A stretch of 48,714 bases of DNA from an uncultured bacterium (GTDB taxonomy: Bacteria > Chloroflexota > UBA5177 > JANWHV01): contig CAWHAE010000021.1 in NCBI GenBank assembly GCA_963827235.1, positions 1 through 48,714 on the forward strand. The letters run 5' to 3'. Positions 9,916-20,759 of the stretch are shown in pieces (position 1 is the stretch's first letter; each line of letters opens with the position of its first letter). A model generated the notes under the pieces. The model was given only the letters and a program-made list of their open reading frames with translations, had not been told where the DNA came from and ran no database searches. The translations under genes were made by a program, and so were the position numbers.

Positions 9916-10173
9916 TCACCAGGGACGCGTGCCCCGCTGGTGCTCGTGCGTCGCGTGCACATCGCCGGCGTGCGTGCCGCGGCCCGGTGGTTGGCGATCT
10001 GTCTGCGACTGCCGCTCCGCTCGGCGCAATACTGTAGTGTACAACGACCGCACAAACGCATCGCCGCTTCCGTACCGGGCGGGCCCGAAATCTGTGATCC
10101 AGCCCTTTGGTGCGCCGATCCTGGGACCGCGATCGTCTCGATCGCCTACGGACATGCCCGATATGGCGTCCAT
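9916..10173 (-). CDS. Possible small hypothetical protein
   Basis: 85-aa ORF on the same strand as its neighbours; no recognisable motif. Confidence 0.25.
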   Translation of the reverse strand: MDAISGMSVGDRDDRGPRIGAPKGWITDFGPARYGSGDAFVRSLYTTVLRRAERQSQTDRQPPGRGTHAGDVHATHEHQRGTRPW

Positions 10174-10218
10174 CGTCGCGAGACAACAATCCGTTGCGTC
10201 ATAGCGCCCAGGAAGGCC

Positions 10219-11253
10219 CTAGCCCATGCGGCCGGCTCGAGCCCGCTGAAGGCCGGCGTAAAGAAGCGGCTGGTAGACGCGATCGAAAGCACCGCTGTAG
10301 CGCACCACCCTGCCGCCATAGCCTGCCTTGAAGCGGCTGACGCCGGCCAGCGGATCGCGCTCGTCGCCGGTGCTCGCTATGCCAAAGAGATCGTAGCGCG
10401 TCGCTCCGCGCGCCTTGGCCCACAGCATGGCCTCCCATTGCAGGAGCTGCGGCGCCATCACGTTCCGAAACTCCTCCGACGAGGCGCCGTACAGGTACGT
10501 CGCTTCCTCGCCAAACCGATGCACGATCAGGCCGGCCAGAATCCTGTCCTGGTACTCGGCCAGCAGCAAGGCCGACGTGCCTTCACGCCGTCCCAACTGC
10601 AAGAACCGCCGGTAGTAGTCTTCCTGGCGGATGGTGTAGTTATCGCGCCTGGCAGTTTCGCGAAGCAACGCGTACCATCGCGCCAGGTCGTCGGGGTCGC
10701 TCGACTCGCGCACCGTGACGCCATGCCTGCCGGCGAGGCGCGTGTTGTAGCGCCACTTTGGCTTCCACTGTGCCTGTAACTCATCGGCAGGACCGGAGAT
10801 GTCCACGACTCGCGTCGCGCCGTGCTGCACCGGTTTCGCCGGCCGAAGGCCCAACCGCTGCAGACGCGCGCTGAGCAACGGGTCTTCGACTTCAGGCAGC
10901 TCGAGCATGATCGCCACCGCACGCACGTGCGCCGCCAGGCGGTCCAGTGCCTGTAGCATGGCGGCAATCTCTCCGTCGTTCGCGAAGTCGAGCAATGGTC
11001 CGCGCGGCACGTAGCCAAACGTGAAGGGACTGTACGGGATCCGCCTCACCAGTACTTGAGCCGCGGCAGGCACAGCCCTGCCCGTCCTGGGAAGTGCAAT
11101 GCGAAAAGGCGTCCATCCGTAGCCACGCCGGAATCGGCCCCAGAACGACGACTGCATGAATCCGCCGTGGGCATGGCGCATTACGAGCGTATCCCATTCT
11201 CGCGGATCGCGGATGAGGTGTAGAAAGGGTCTTCGCGCGCTGCAAGCTGTCAT
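10219..11253 (-). CDS. FemAB/FemX-family peptidoglycan bridge aminoacyltransferase
   Basis: FMQSSFWG, YVPRGPL, KPKWRYNTRLA, YLYGAS, LLQWEAM, YDLFGI, GVSRFKAGYGG. Confidence 0.9.
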   Translation of the reverse strand: MTACSARRPFLHLIRDPREWDTLVMRHAHGGFMQSSFWGRFRRGYGWTPFRIALPRTGRAVPAAAQVLVRRIPYSPFTFGYVPRGPLLDFANDGEIAAMLQALDRLAAHVRAVAIMLELPEVEDPLLSARLQRLGLRPAKPVQHGATRVVDISGPADELQAQWKPKWRYNTRLAGRHGVTVRESSDPDDLARWYALLRETARRDNYTIRQEDYYRRFLQLGRREGTSALLLAEYQDRILAGLIVHRFGEEATYLYGASSEEFRNVMAPQLLQWEAMLWAKARGATRYDLFGIASTGDERDPLAGVSRFKAGYGGRVVRYSGAFDRVYQPLLYAGLQRARAGRMG

Positions 11254-11826
11254 GTCTGGTGTAGTATAGCGAAATTGGCTATCGCACCCCCTTCCATATT
11301 GCGCAAACTGCGATACAATGCAGGTGGAGATCGTTGTTCTTTCCGCCGGTGCGGTCTGGCCTAGGGTTGGCTGCATTGGGCACGGCGCAGAGAACTCTCT
11401 GACCCCGGCGTGACTGCATGACAGGCCGGTGCGGCGAATAGATCTCACCGCTATGTGTTGCACATGCTGATCGCGACAGCGTGGCCGGCGGGTACGCACT
11501 CAATAGTGGCATAGCTTGGTGACGAGCATGGGAGCTCGGTAGGTCAGGTTATTGCCGATTGATCGTGCACGGTAGTTGCATGGTCTGGCATTGTAACCAA
11601 GCAAGAAGGTCGTCGGATTCCGGATAGCGCCCAGTGCTGGAAACGCACTGCCCTTGACCCTTCGTGTATTCAGCGCGGATGTGACGCCTGCCTTGACCCA
11701 TCCGCAGGTGCGTAAAACGCGTCTAGAAAACGGGATCCGCGTGCGTGTTGCGACTCTATGGCTAACGTATGCCACCCAACCCGGCCGCTACTGGGCACAT
11801 CAGGATGAAAGGAAACATTTCGAGCC

Positions 11827-14478
11827 ATGACAGAGGTACGGCTCCTACATGAAGACGAAGTCGCGCATGTACGTTCAGCGCGGACTCGCGGTGCAAAGGC
11901 CGCCGTCGAAGCTGGCGGAGTGACTCCCGCGACCCAGACTACAGAGCAGGGGCCGGCAAAGGCACGACGCACGCGCTCCCCAAGCGCTGTGCAGCCCGCT
12001 GCCCTGGCACCTGCGGAACCCTCTGTCCATGAATCCAAGACCGCAACGCGGCGCAAGACCGTAGCCAAGACGGCGATTGAGCCGGTGCTCGCGGCAGAAC
12101 CCGTCGCGATCGCCGCGCCGGCAACCCTGCCGAAGTCGCGCGCGAAGGTCCCCAAGGGGACGAGCGACATGGGCAATCTCGCCGTTTCGCCGGCGGAGAC
12201 GTCCGCGCAAGGCAGGTCCTCCCAGAACGGTTTCGCGGCCGAGCCGGGCGCCGCCGCCGAATCCGGCGAGGCCAAGAAGCCCTCGGCACGGAAACGCACC
12301 GCTATCACGAAGTCTGTGCCGGCAGCGCCCGATATCGAGCTCAGGGCCGGCAAGTCTGCTGCGATGTTCGCCGAAGCAGTGCCCGCGCCGATCGTGGTGG
12401 AGGTGGCACAGACGACCAAAGCGGCGGCTGCCGCGCGAGCGCCTCGCTCACGGACCGCGAAGCGTGCCGGGACCTCGCCGAAGCCCCAACCGGCCGTCGA
12501 GACGCAGTTATCCGCACCCGCGGCGCCGATCGTCGAGGCACAGGCACCGGTCGCCGCCGCCCCCGTCGTGGAGACGGGAGCTGCCGCGCCTGCTGCCCCT
12601 GCGATCCAGCAGCACGATACTGCGCTGGTGCGTGCGGAGAGCACAGCGGCGCCCGAGCAGCAAGCAACGGCACCGGTGCGGGAGCGCGCCCGGCGTCCGC
12701 GGCGAAACGCGCCCAGGTCGCAGGTCGATGGCAGTGCAGCCGCCGGTCGCCCGGAGGTTATTACCGGCCAGGCGGTAGCGGCGCCGGATCAGGTCGGCCA
12801 GGCGGCGGACGCTCCAGCCGTGCCACCACAGGAGCCGGTCGCCGCATCTGCCGCTGGCCCCGCCCCGGCTGTCGCCAGCGCCGGCGATACTTCGCCGATC
12901 GCGGCAACCGGCGTCCCGCAGGCTCAAGCGGCGGCGACCTCCGCCGAGACGCTTGCCGCGAGCATGCCGCAGGTGGCACCACAGGTACCGCCCTCCGGCG
13001 CGGCCGGTCCGCAGCAACTCAACGGTCAGGCGGCGGGTCCCGGATTCAGACCGCAGCCAGGAAGGCAGCCCGGTCAGTTCAGGCAGCCGCATCAGCAACG
13101 ACCACAGCAGCCTCCACGAGTGCAGCCGAGCAATCCTCGCGGCCCGATAGGCCAGGGCGCGCAGAGCCAGCCGACCGACTTTGCCGGGAACCAGAACGGC
13201 GACGCGCGGAATCGTCGCCGCCGGCGCCGGCGCGGCCGAGGGCCGGTGCCCGTGACGGGCCAGGGGACCGGCAACGGGACGCCGGCGGTAACCAACCCGG
13301 TGCCGCAGCAGACCTACACGTATGAAGAGCGCCAGCCTGTGGTCGACTACGTGCCGCAGCGCATGCCCGTGTTCGACGTGCACGGCCTGCTGGACTTCGT
13401 GCCGAATGGAGAGGCCTTTCTGCGCGAGGATGACCTTCGCGTGAGGAGCGACGACCCGCTGATCAGCGTGCGCGACGTACGGCGATTCGATCTCCGCAAC
13501 GGCGATATCGTCCGTCTCGAGGCACGTCCTGGACGAGGGCGCGGGCCCGTGACAGTTGAGCGGGTGCTCACCATCAACGACATGCCCTTCGAGCAGATGC
13601 GCACTCGCAAGCGATTCGAGGACCTCACGCCGATCTATCCCGACCGTATGATCCACCTGGAGACGGGGCAGCTGCCGCTCACCACCAGAATGATCGACAT
13701 GATCGCGCCCGTCGGCTTCGGTCAGCGGGCCCTGATCGTCTCGCCGCCCAAGGCCGGCAAGACCACCGTGCTCAAGCACATCGGTCACGGCGTGGTGACG
13801 AATTATCCCGACGCCAGCTTGATCCTCTGCCTCGTGGGTGAACGACCCGAGGAAGTGACCGACCTGCGCATGTCCCTGCCCAAGGCGATCCTCTTCGCCT
13901 CGAGCTTTGACGAGGAAGTAGAGCGTCACGGGCACCTGGCCGAGATGGCCCTGGAACGTGCCAGGCGCCTCGCCGAACAGGGCAAGGACGTCGTCGTGCT
14001 TCTGGACAGCATCACGAGGCTAGCGCGCGCCTATAATCTCGGCGGTGGAAGCGGAGGTCGCACGTTGTCCGGCGGCATGGACGCCAGCGCTCTCACCACG
14101 GCCCGTCGCATCTTCGGCGCCGCCAGGGCCATCGAGCAGGGCGGCAGTCTCACGATCATTGCTACGTGCCTGGTAGACACCGGCAGCCGCCTCGACGACG
14201 TCGTCTACGAGGAGTTTAAGGGCACCGGCAACATGGAGCTGCATCTCGATCGCGGGCTCGCCGAGCGGCGCATCTTTCCGGCTATGGACATCAGCAAGTC
14301 GAGTACCAGGAAGGAAGAGCTGCTGCTCGATCCGCTGACCTTGAAGTGGGTCGTCTTGCTGCGGCGCAGAATGGCCGGAGTACAGGCAATACCGGCCACG
14401 GAGCAGTTCATCGATCGCTTGAGCAAGACGCCCAGCAACAAGGTGTTCCTGGAGCTGCTCTCGCGCACACAGTCGTAG
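11827..14478 (+). CDS. rho: Transcription termination factor Rho with a very long low-complexity N-terminal extension
   Basis: [55 protein letters not shown]; AAAGGA RBS. Confidence 0.95.
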   Translation: MTEVRLLHEDEVAHVRSARTRGAKAAVEAGGVTPATQTTEQGPAKARRTRSPSAVQPAALAPAEPSVHESKTATRRKTVAKTAIEPVLAAEPVAIAAPATLPKSRAKVPKGTSDMGNLAVSPAETSAQGRSSQNGFAAEPGAAAESGEAKKPSARKRTAITKSVPAAPDIELRAGKSAAMFAEAVPAPIVVEVAQTTKAAAAARAPRSRTAKRAGTSPKPQPAVETQLSAPAAPIVEAQAPVAAAPVVETGAAAPAAPAIQQHDTALVRAESTAAPEQQATAPVRERARRPRRNAPRSQVDGSAAAGRPEVITGQAVAAPDQVGQAADAPAVPPQEPVAASAAGPAPAVASAGDTSPIAATGVPQAQAAATSAETLAASMPQVAPQVPPSGAAGPQQLNGQAAGPGFRPQPGRQPGQFRQPHQQRPQQPPRVQPSNPRGPIGQGAQSQPTDFAGNQNGDARNRRRRRRRGRGPVPVTGQGTGNGTPAVTNPVPQQTYTYEERQPVVDYVPQRMPVFDVHGLLDFVPNGEAFLREDDLRVRSDDPLISVRDVRRFDLRNGDIVRLEARPGRGRGPVTVERVLTINDMPFEQMRTRKRFEDLTPIYPDRMIHLETGQLPLTTRMIDMIAPVGFGQRALIVSPPKAGKTTVLKHIGHGVVTNYPDASLILCLVGERPEEVTDLRMSLPKAILFASSFDEEVERHGHLAEMALERARRLAEQGKDVVVLLDSITRLARAYNLGGGSGGRTLSGGMDASALTTARRIFGAARAIEQGGSLTIIATCLVDTGSRLDDVVYEEFKGTGNMELHLDRGLAERRIFPAMDISKSSTRKEELLLDPLTLKWVVLLRRRMAGVQAIPATEQFIDRLSKTPSNKVFLELLSRTQS

Positions 14479-14550
14479 CGCCGAGCCGCCGCGAGACTAT
14501 CGGCGCGGCGACACGGTGAGCGCTGAGAGAGTGTGCGGACGGCAGCCGGC

Positions 14551-15477
14551 TTACTGGAGATAGAGGACACCGACCAGCGGAATGATCACAAGCGCTACGA
14601 GGGTACTGAGCAGCACGCCGACCGATACCTTCTCCGGCTCTTCACCCAGGGCGAGGGCGTAGATGATGGTGTTGGCCGAGAGCGGTATGACCGACATGAG
14701 CACCATCACCTTGTGCGCCTCGGTCGAGTAGAAACCGATGAAGCCGCTGTCGGCGGCGACGACGACGATCATGACCAGCGGCCAGACCATGAATCGCGCC
14801 GCGAAGGCCAGGACCACGTACGTCCAATCGAGATGGAACTCTCCCAGCTCGATGGTGGCCAGGCCGAGGCCGATCGTCATCATGCCGAGCACCGAGAATC
14901 CGCCCTTGAAATTCGCTGCCGCGTCCAGAATCGTCTGGCTAACGCCTATGTGAAGCTCGTTGATCACGAGAGCCACGGCCGCCGCGTAGAGCGCGGGAAG
15001 CCTGGACAGCTTGACCAGCGCTTCGGTAGCCGAATAGTTGCCCGTCGCTGCGACGAAGAAGCCCAGCGTGTTCTCGTAGGCAATGAACCCCACTCCCGCC
15101 AGCACGACCAAAACCTGAGCCTGGGGCGGCAGGATGGCCGCGGCCACCGGGATGGCAAAATAGGCGTAGTTGCCAGTGCCGGCCGTCTGCGCGAGGATGT
15201 TCTTCGTCGAGTCCTTCCAGAGGCGCGTGCCGACCGCGAGGAACAACAGGCACATCAGGCAGCACAGAACGAGAAACAGCAGCGGCAGTGAGAGTGACGA
15301 TGGAGTAATCCGCGAGGTGACTATGGCGTTGAAGTAGACGACCGGATAGAAGAAATACAGCAGCAGCGTGCCGATGGTCTCTCGCTGCATGCCGAGAAAG
15401 CGCCCTCCCACGTAGCCTAGAGCCATGTAGACATAGAGGGGGAGGATCTTACCGAGCAGGGTCAAGAAGAGAGACAT
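14551..15477 (-). CDS. AEC (auxin efflux carrier) family transporter
   Basis: Polytopic hydrophobic protein with GTGNYAYFAIPV and VIPLSANTIIYA motifs. Confidence 0.85.
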   Translation of the reverse strand: MSLFLTLLGKILPLYVYMALGYVGGRFLGMQRETIGTLLLYFFYPVVYFNAIVTSRITPSSLSLPLLFLVLCCLMCLLFLAVGTRLWKDSTKNILAQTAGTGNYAYFAIPVAAAILPPQAQVLVVLAGVGFIAYENTLGFFVAATGNYSATEALVKLSRLPALYAAAVALVINELHIGVSQTILDAAANFKGGFSVLGMMTIGLGLATIELGEFHLDWTYVVLAFAARFMVWPLVMIVVVAADSGFIGFYSTEAHKVMVLMSVIPLSANTIIYALALGEEPEKVSVGVLLSTLVALVIIPLVGVLYLQ

Positions 15478-15634
15478 ACACCTGGGACCTGTCCGGCAAA
15501 CGCGCTCATGCCTACCAGCATACCGCCGCGGGCAGGGCTGCACGCACTATATCTCGAGCCAGCCCCGGCCGAGGTCTCGCGGGCGACGATCATCTTTGCG
15601 GGCAGAGTAGATGGGAGTGGGAGCGGAGTGACCA

Positions 15635-15847
15635 ATGAATGACTCGGGCGCGGCGTGTCCCGCGTGCGGCGAGCCGGCGCGGTTGCTTTGCGCAGGCTGC
15701 AATCGGGCGTTCTGCGCGGACCACCTGGAGCGCCGGTTCGCCATGGGCTACATCTACCTCTGTGCGCAATGCCTGCGCGAGCAAAGCTCCGGCAGCGAGA
15801 AAGCCGGTAAGCGCACGCGGCGCGAGAAGGACGCGGACAGGTCCTGA
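15635..15847 (+). CDS. Small Cys/His-rich putative zinc-finger protein
   Basis: CPACG-x6-CAGC-x4-CADH-x12-CAQC followed by a basic tail; GGAG RBS. Confidence 0.65.
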   Translation: MNDSGAACPACGEPARLLCAGCNRAFCADHLERRFAMGYIYLCAQCLREQSSGSEKAGKRTRREKDADRS

Positions 15848-15922
15848 TCGGCAGTCACGGCTCGAATCACGGTTGGTCGTGCGCGTGGCACAGCGCTCAG
15901 GATGCGCCGGGATCGCCGGCGG

Positions 15923-16306
15923 TTACCAGCGCGTGACCTCGATCCTGCGCTGGACGACCATACGGTTGTCGCCGTCCACCAGGCGGCCGATCGCCATGCC
16001 GGCAATCCACATGAGCAGCGAGCCGGCGATACCGGCTCCCCAGCCGCGCACGGTAAAGCCCGCGACCACGTGGCCCACGAAGAGGAGCATACCGGCGTTG
16101 ATCACCAGCAGGAACAGGCCGAGCGTGACGAGGGTAATCGGCAACGTCAGCACGATCAGCACCGGCCGCACGAAGGCGTTCACGACGGCAAGAAGCGCTG
16201 CTGCCACCAGGGCCGAACCGTAGCCGTCGGCATGTATTCCAGGTACCAGTGCGGCCACCGCAAGGAGCGCCGCGGCACTCAACGCCAGGCGCAAGATAAG
16301 ACTCAT
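15923..16306 (-). CDS. YvlD/DUF360 membrane protein (4-TM holin superfamily IV)
   Basis: VNAFVRPVLIVLTLPITLVTLGLFLLVINA signature. Confidence 0.9.
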   Translation of the reverse strand: MSLILRLALSAAALLAVAALVPGIHADGYGSALVAAALLAVVNAFVRPVLIVLTLPITLVTLGLFLLVINAGMLLFVGHVVAGFTVRGWGAGIAGSLLMWIAGMAIGRLVDGDNRMVVQRRIEVTRW

Positions 16307-16585
16307 AGTCTGCGACCTCTCTTCTGCTGCTCGCGGCAGATTGCGCGGCTGCCATGTCACGAGTCCTGCCAACCAGGCACGGCACCGCAACCGTGGCACC
16401 CTCATGGTCTTACTTGCGCGTGAACCTGTCAAGTATCCTGCTATACTCACTGAAGAGTGCCGGAGGCCATGGCCGGATTGGGTGGTCATTATGAGCCCTT
16501 CGGCCCTATTATCATCCTGTGACGGCGCAGATCCTAGAACTGAGCGGTGTCGCCCAGAGAACGCCGCCCAAAGGGGACCGGACGA

Positions 16586-17770
16586 ATGCTAGGTATTACC
16601 AGACTTCTCGGCGGCATACAGACCGCAACCGATCACCTCCGCTTCGGAGAAAACCAGGCAGAGGCCTGGCACCGCCCGGTGGTGGTCTGGACCGCCACCC
16701 GGCGCTGCAATCTGATGTGCGCCCACTGCTACGCGACCGCGCAGTCGACGTCCTTCCCCGGCGAGCTGACGACCAAAGAGGCGCGGCGGATGCTGTCGGA
16801 CTTCGCCGAATTTGGCGTGCCCGTGGTACTGCTCTCCGGAGGCGAGCCTCTCACCCGCATCGATATTCTGGACCTGGCGGTCTACGCCCGCTCGCTCGGA
16901 CTGCGGGTCACGCTCTCGACCAACGGGACGCTGATTACTCCCTATATCGCCAAGCGCATCGCCGAGATCGGTGTGGGCTACGTGGGTATCAGCCTGGACG
17001 GCAAAGAAGCCACGCACGACAAGTTCCGCGGGCAGGCAGGCGCCTTCGAAGCCGCGATGCAGGGACTGCGCAGCTGCGGGGCTGCGGGCGTGAAGACGGG
17101 CCTCCGTCTCACGCTTACGCGCCATACCGTTCAGGATCTCGACGACCTGTTCGAGATTGTGGAGCGGGAAGGCATCGAGCGCGTATGCTTCTACCACCTC
17201 GTCCCTTCCGGACGCGGCCGGTTCCTCCAGGATGACCTGCTCACTCCTCGCGAGACGCGCGAAGCCGTGGACTCCATTATCAGGCGATCCGACGACTACG
17301 TACGGCGTGGCCTGCCGATCGAAGTGCTCACCGTGGACAATCACACGGATGCCGCCTACCTGTATCTCTGGGCATTGCGCGAAAAGGGACCGGAAGTCGC
17401 GGAGCGCATTCGCTCGGAGGCGCGTCGCAGCGGCGGAAACCGCTCCGGTATTGCCATAGCTCACGTGGACTTTCGAGGCCAGGTTCATCCCGATCAATTC
17501 TGGTGGCAGGCCGCGCTCGGCAACGTGCGGCTCAAGCCATTCAGCACCATTTGGTCGGATCCGTCCAACCAGCTCTTGCTCGACTTGCGAAATCGTCAGA
17601 GCCTGCTGAAGGGCCGTTGTCACGATTGCCGGTTTCTCGACGTGTGTAACGGCAACTTCCGGGCCCGCGCGGCCGCACATACGGGCGACCAGTGGGCACC
17701 CGATCCGGCGTGCTATCTGTCGGACGAAGAGATAGCCGTCGCCGAGGCCGTCGTCAGCCATGCATCCTAG
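16586..17770 (+). CDS. Radical SAM/SPASM protein, AhbC/NirJ1-like (alternative haem biosynthesis)
   Basis: RPVVVWTATRRCNLMCAHCY, SGGEPL, YVGISLDG, CFYHLVPSGRG, VLTVDNHTD, GGNRSG, CNGNFRARA, DPACYL. Confidence 0.85.
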   Translation: MLGITRLLGGIQTATDHLRFGENQAEAWHRPVVVWTATRRCNLMCAHCYATAQSTSFPGELTTKEARRMLSDFAEFGVPVVLLSGGEPLTRIDILDLAVYARSLGLRVTLSTNGTLITPYIAKRIAEIGVGYVGISLDGKEATHDKFRGQAGAFEAAMQGLRSCGAAGVKTGLRLTLTRHTVQDLDDLFEIVEREGIERVCFYHLVPSGRGRFLQDDLLTPRETREAVDSIIRRSDDYVRRGLPIEVLTVDNHTDAAYLYLWALREKGPEVAERIRSEARRSGGNRSGIAIAHVDFRGQVHPDQFWWQAALGNVRLKPFSTIWSDPSNQLLLDLRNRQSLLKGRCHDCRFLDVCNGNFRARAAAHTGDQWAPDPACYLSDEEIAVAEAVVSHAS

Positions 17771-18903
17771 CGGCGTGAGCCGCGTAGCCGGCGGGCGTCC
17801 GGGCTACTTCGATGTGGATTTCCACCGGACTCCCTTCGTGGTTGCCTGGGAGACGACGCCGTGCTTGCGCGCTGGCCTGCCGGCATTGCCGTGCCTCGGC
17901 ATTACCTGCCCGCGACGCGGGCGAGCTGACGACCGCCGAGGGTTTCCGGCTGATTGACGACCTGGTCACGATCGGTAAGCCAATCGTCATCCTCACGGGC
18001 GGCGATCCGTTCATGCGTCCCGACCTCCCCGAGCTGGCCGCCTACGGTGTGCAGCGTGGTCTTCGCGTCGCGTTGTCGCCGTCGGCCACCGCACTGGTCA
18101 CGACCTCGCGGTTGAGTCGCCTGCGCGAGATCGGGATTTCGATGGTGCAGGTAAGCCTTGACGGGCTCGAAGCTACGCACGATGCGTTCCGGGGCGTGCC
18201 CGGCTCGTTCGCGCGTACGCTGCAGATCATGCGCGACATCCGCGCGCTCGGTATTCCTCTCCAGGTAGGCACAACCGTCACCGGGCCCAACAGAGAAGAT
18301 CTGCCTGGCCTGGCGGAGCTCCTCGCCGAGCTCGACATCCAGGTGTGGAACGCATTCTTCCTCGTTCCCACCGGGCGCGGACAGCGGTCGGACATGCTGA
18401 ATGCCGTTGAGACCGAAAGCGTGCTTGAGTGGCTGTGGGCTCTGTCCAGGCGGCAGTCCTTTCGCGTGCGGACCACAGCGGCGCAACACTACCGCAGAGT
18501 CGTCATTCAACACGAGCGGATTGAGCGCGGCCTTCAACCGGATCAGCCCGCCTCGGAGGTCACCTGGGAAGCGACGGGAGCCGGCTACGCCTTTCGCGAG
18601 GGAGTGGCTCCCAAGCAGCAAGGCGTCAACGACGGCAACGGCTTTGCGTTCGTCTCGCACACGGGCGATGTCTGCCCCAGCGGTTTCCTGGAGATTCCCG
18701 TGGGCAACGTGCGAGAGACCTCGATCGTCGAGCTCTACCGGCACCATCCACTGTTCCGCCGGCTGCGCGATCCGGGCCAGCTGAAGGGAAAGTGCTCGCG
18801 CTGTGCCTATCGCGCGGTGTGCGGAGGGAGCCGCGCGCGTGCCTGGGCGGTTACCGGCGATCCGATGGCCTCCGATCCCCTGTGTGCCTATCAACCGAGC
18901 TGA
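17760..18903 (+). CDS. Radical SAM/SPASM protein, TIGR04053/AhbD-related, frameshift near 17858
   Basis: PFVVAWETT / ACALACRHCRA, TGGDP, FFLVPTGRG, VNDGNGFAFVSHTGDVCPSGFL, CGGSRARA, DPLC. Confidence 0.85.
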
Positions 18904-19032
18904 TCAGGATGGCGGGCACCGTGCTGCCACGTTCTTGCTCGAGGCAGGTAGCCCCATCGCGTTCATCCACTGCAACGACGTCAGGTACGTGGCTGGAACG
19001 AACCGAGCCACGCCGTGGCAGCCGCCGTGGGC

Positions 19033-20506
19033 TCAGCCGGTGACCACGGTGAAGGAAGTGGAGGCCAGGTTCTGGCCGTTGATTGCGGTTGAGACGCTAT
19101 ACGCTCCGGGCACGCTCGGGGCTAGCTGCGCGTAGGCTATGACCGTGCCTGTGTAGCCGGCGACGATGCTGTTGTCATAGACAGATGTAGTGCCGTCCGG
19201 ATAATGCCAGGTGAACTTTACCGAGTCTCCCTGCACCTTGTTCCGCACCGTCGCTACCGCGTAGACATCGCCTCCACCCACGCGGAAGCGCGATGTCACG
19301 CCGACCGGCAGGTAGCTGCTGTCAACACCCGTTGCGGTGACCAGCGAGATAGTAGCTCCGTGACCAGAGTCCGCCGCTCCAGACAAGATCGTTGACTGGG
19401 CGGCCGCCGCAGTCGTCGCCGTCGCCCCCGGCCGCGATACGGACGAGGTGCCGCCGAAGCGGTCACGAGCGAGGCGCCGCTGCCGCCACGAGCATCACGA
19501 AGAGGAGCAGCAACGCCGGCAGGGTCGTGGAACGGGCACGCCGCTGCCGCTGTGCCGGCAGCGCCACCGGCCTAGGCGCGATCATAGTGCTCTTCGCCGT
19601 GGAGCCTCCCGCAGCCGCTCCCGTCTCCCGGCCTCCCACGGGCATCTGTGTTCGTGCATCGCCCGGCGTCCAGGCCGCCTTGCCCGCGTTCTGCAGCGCG
19701 ACTACCATCTCGTACCCCGAATGGAAGCGCTCGGCAGGGTCTTTTGCCAGGGCTTTGAGAACGACTGCCTCGACCTCGCGCGGCATGCCTGGCACGTGCG
19801 CGGACGGGGGGGTCGGCGGCTGCGTCACCTGCGCCATGGCCACGGCGACAGAGTTCTCGCCGGGGAACGGCACGTGCCCTGTCAGCAATTCGTAGAGCAC
19901 GATACCGGCAGAGTAGAGATCGGATTCCGCGGTCACCGTCCCGCCGCTGAACTGCTCGGGCGAGGCATACGCGGCGGTGCCCAGCACCGTGCCGGCCGTG
20001 GTGCGCACCGCGCTGGCCAGGGCCCGCGCGATGCCGAAGTCGCCGACCTTGACCTCACCTCTGTCCGTCACCAGAATGTTCTCCGGCTTGATGTCGCGAT
20101 GTATCACGCCGTGGGCGTGGGCGAAATCAAGCGCGGCGGCGAGCTGCCGCATGATCGAGGTGGCTCGCTTGACCGACATCGGGGCCTCGCGCGCCACGAC
20201 CTGCCGGAGATTCTGGCCGGAGATGTGCTCCATCACCATGTAGGGATGCCCGTGGTCCTCCCCGAAGTCATACACGCTCACGATGTTCGGGTGCGCCAAT
20301 CCCGCCGCAAGCCGGCCTTCCAGCCTGAACCGCTCTACCACCTGTTTCTCGGCGGCCAACGGCTCGTGCAACATCTTTATCGCGACGGTGCGCTCAAGGC
20401 GCACGTCGAAGGCGCGATACACTCGCGCCATAGCCCCGACGCCGATCTCCCCCTGGGGCTGGTAACGACCGTCATCGAGTGGTTCGTCGGTCATCAACTC
20501 CACCAA
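19033..20506 (-). CDS. Hanks-type Ser/Thr protein kinase (PknB-like) with a TM helix and a probable C-terminal beta-rich domain, frameshifted near 19390-19470
   Basis: VAIKML, HPNIVSVYD, HRDIKPENIL, DFGIARA, GTAAYASPEQ, SDLYSAG, then a hydrophobic helix. ORF 19033-19386 is the likely continuation. Confidence 0.85.
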
Positions 20507-20759
20507 TCACCTGCACGCGCTCTGTCCCGGCGCTCACTCATGTCGGGCTACCGCTCGACACCGCCGGATCGTCGCGCCACCAGGTCCGCTCTGATTTTCG
20601 GGTACTCCGCGGTACGGCGCAATGCATCGCGCCCGCCGAGCCATCCCGCCCTACAGTCCGTGCGCCGGGGGGACAGTCCACCGCCCCTCGAGAATCCGTG
20701 CCATTGACCGCCGTACCGCCATGCACGGCGCCGTGCGCATGTTCACCCCGTCGGGGCGC

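Noticed and set aside
15923-16306. Prophage suggested by a 'holin' family gene
   Set aside because: The YvlD/DUF360 family is a common chromosomal membrane protein, and no phage genes are nearby.
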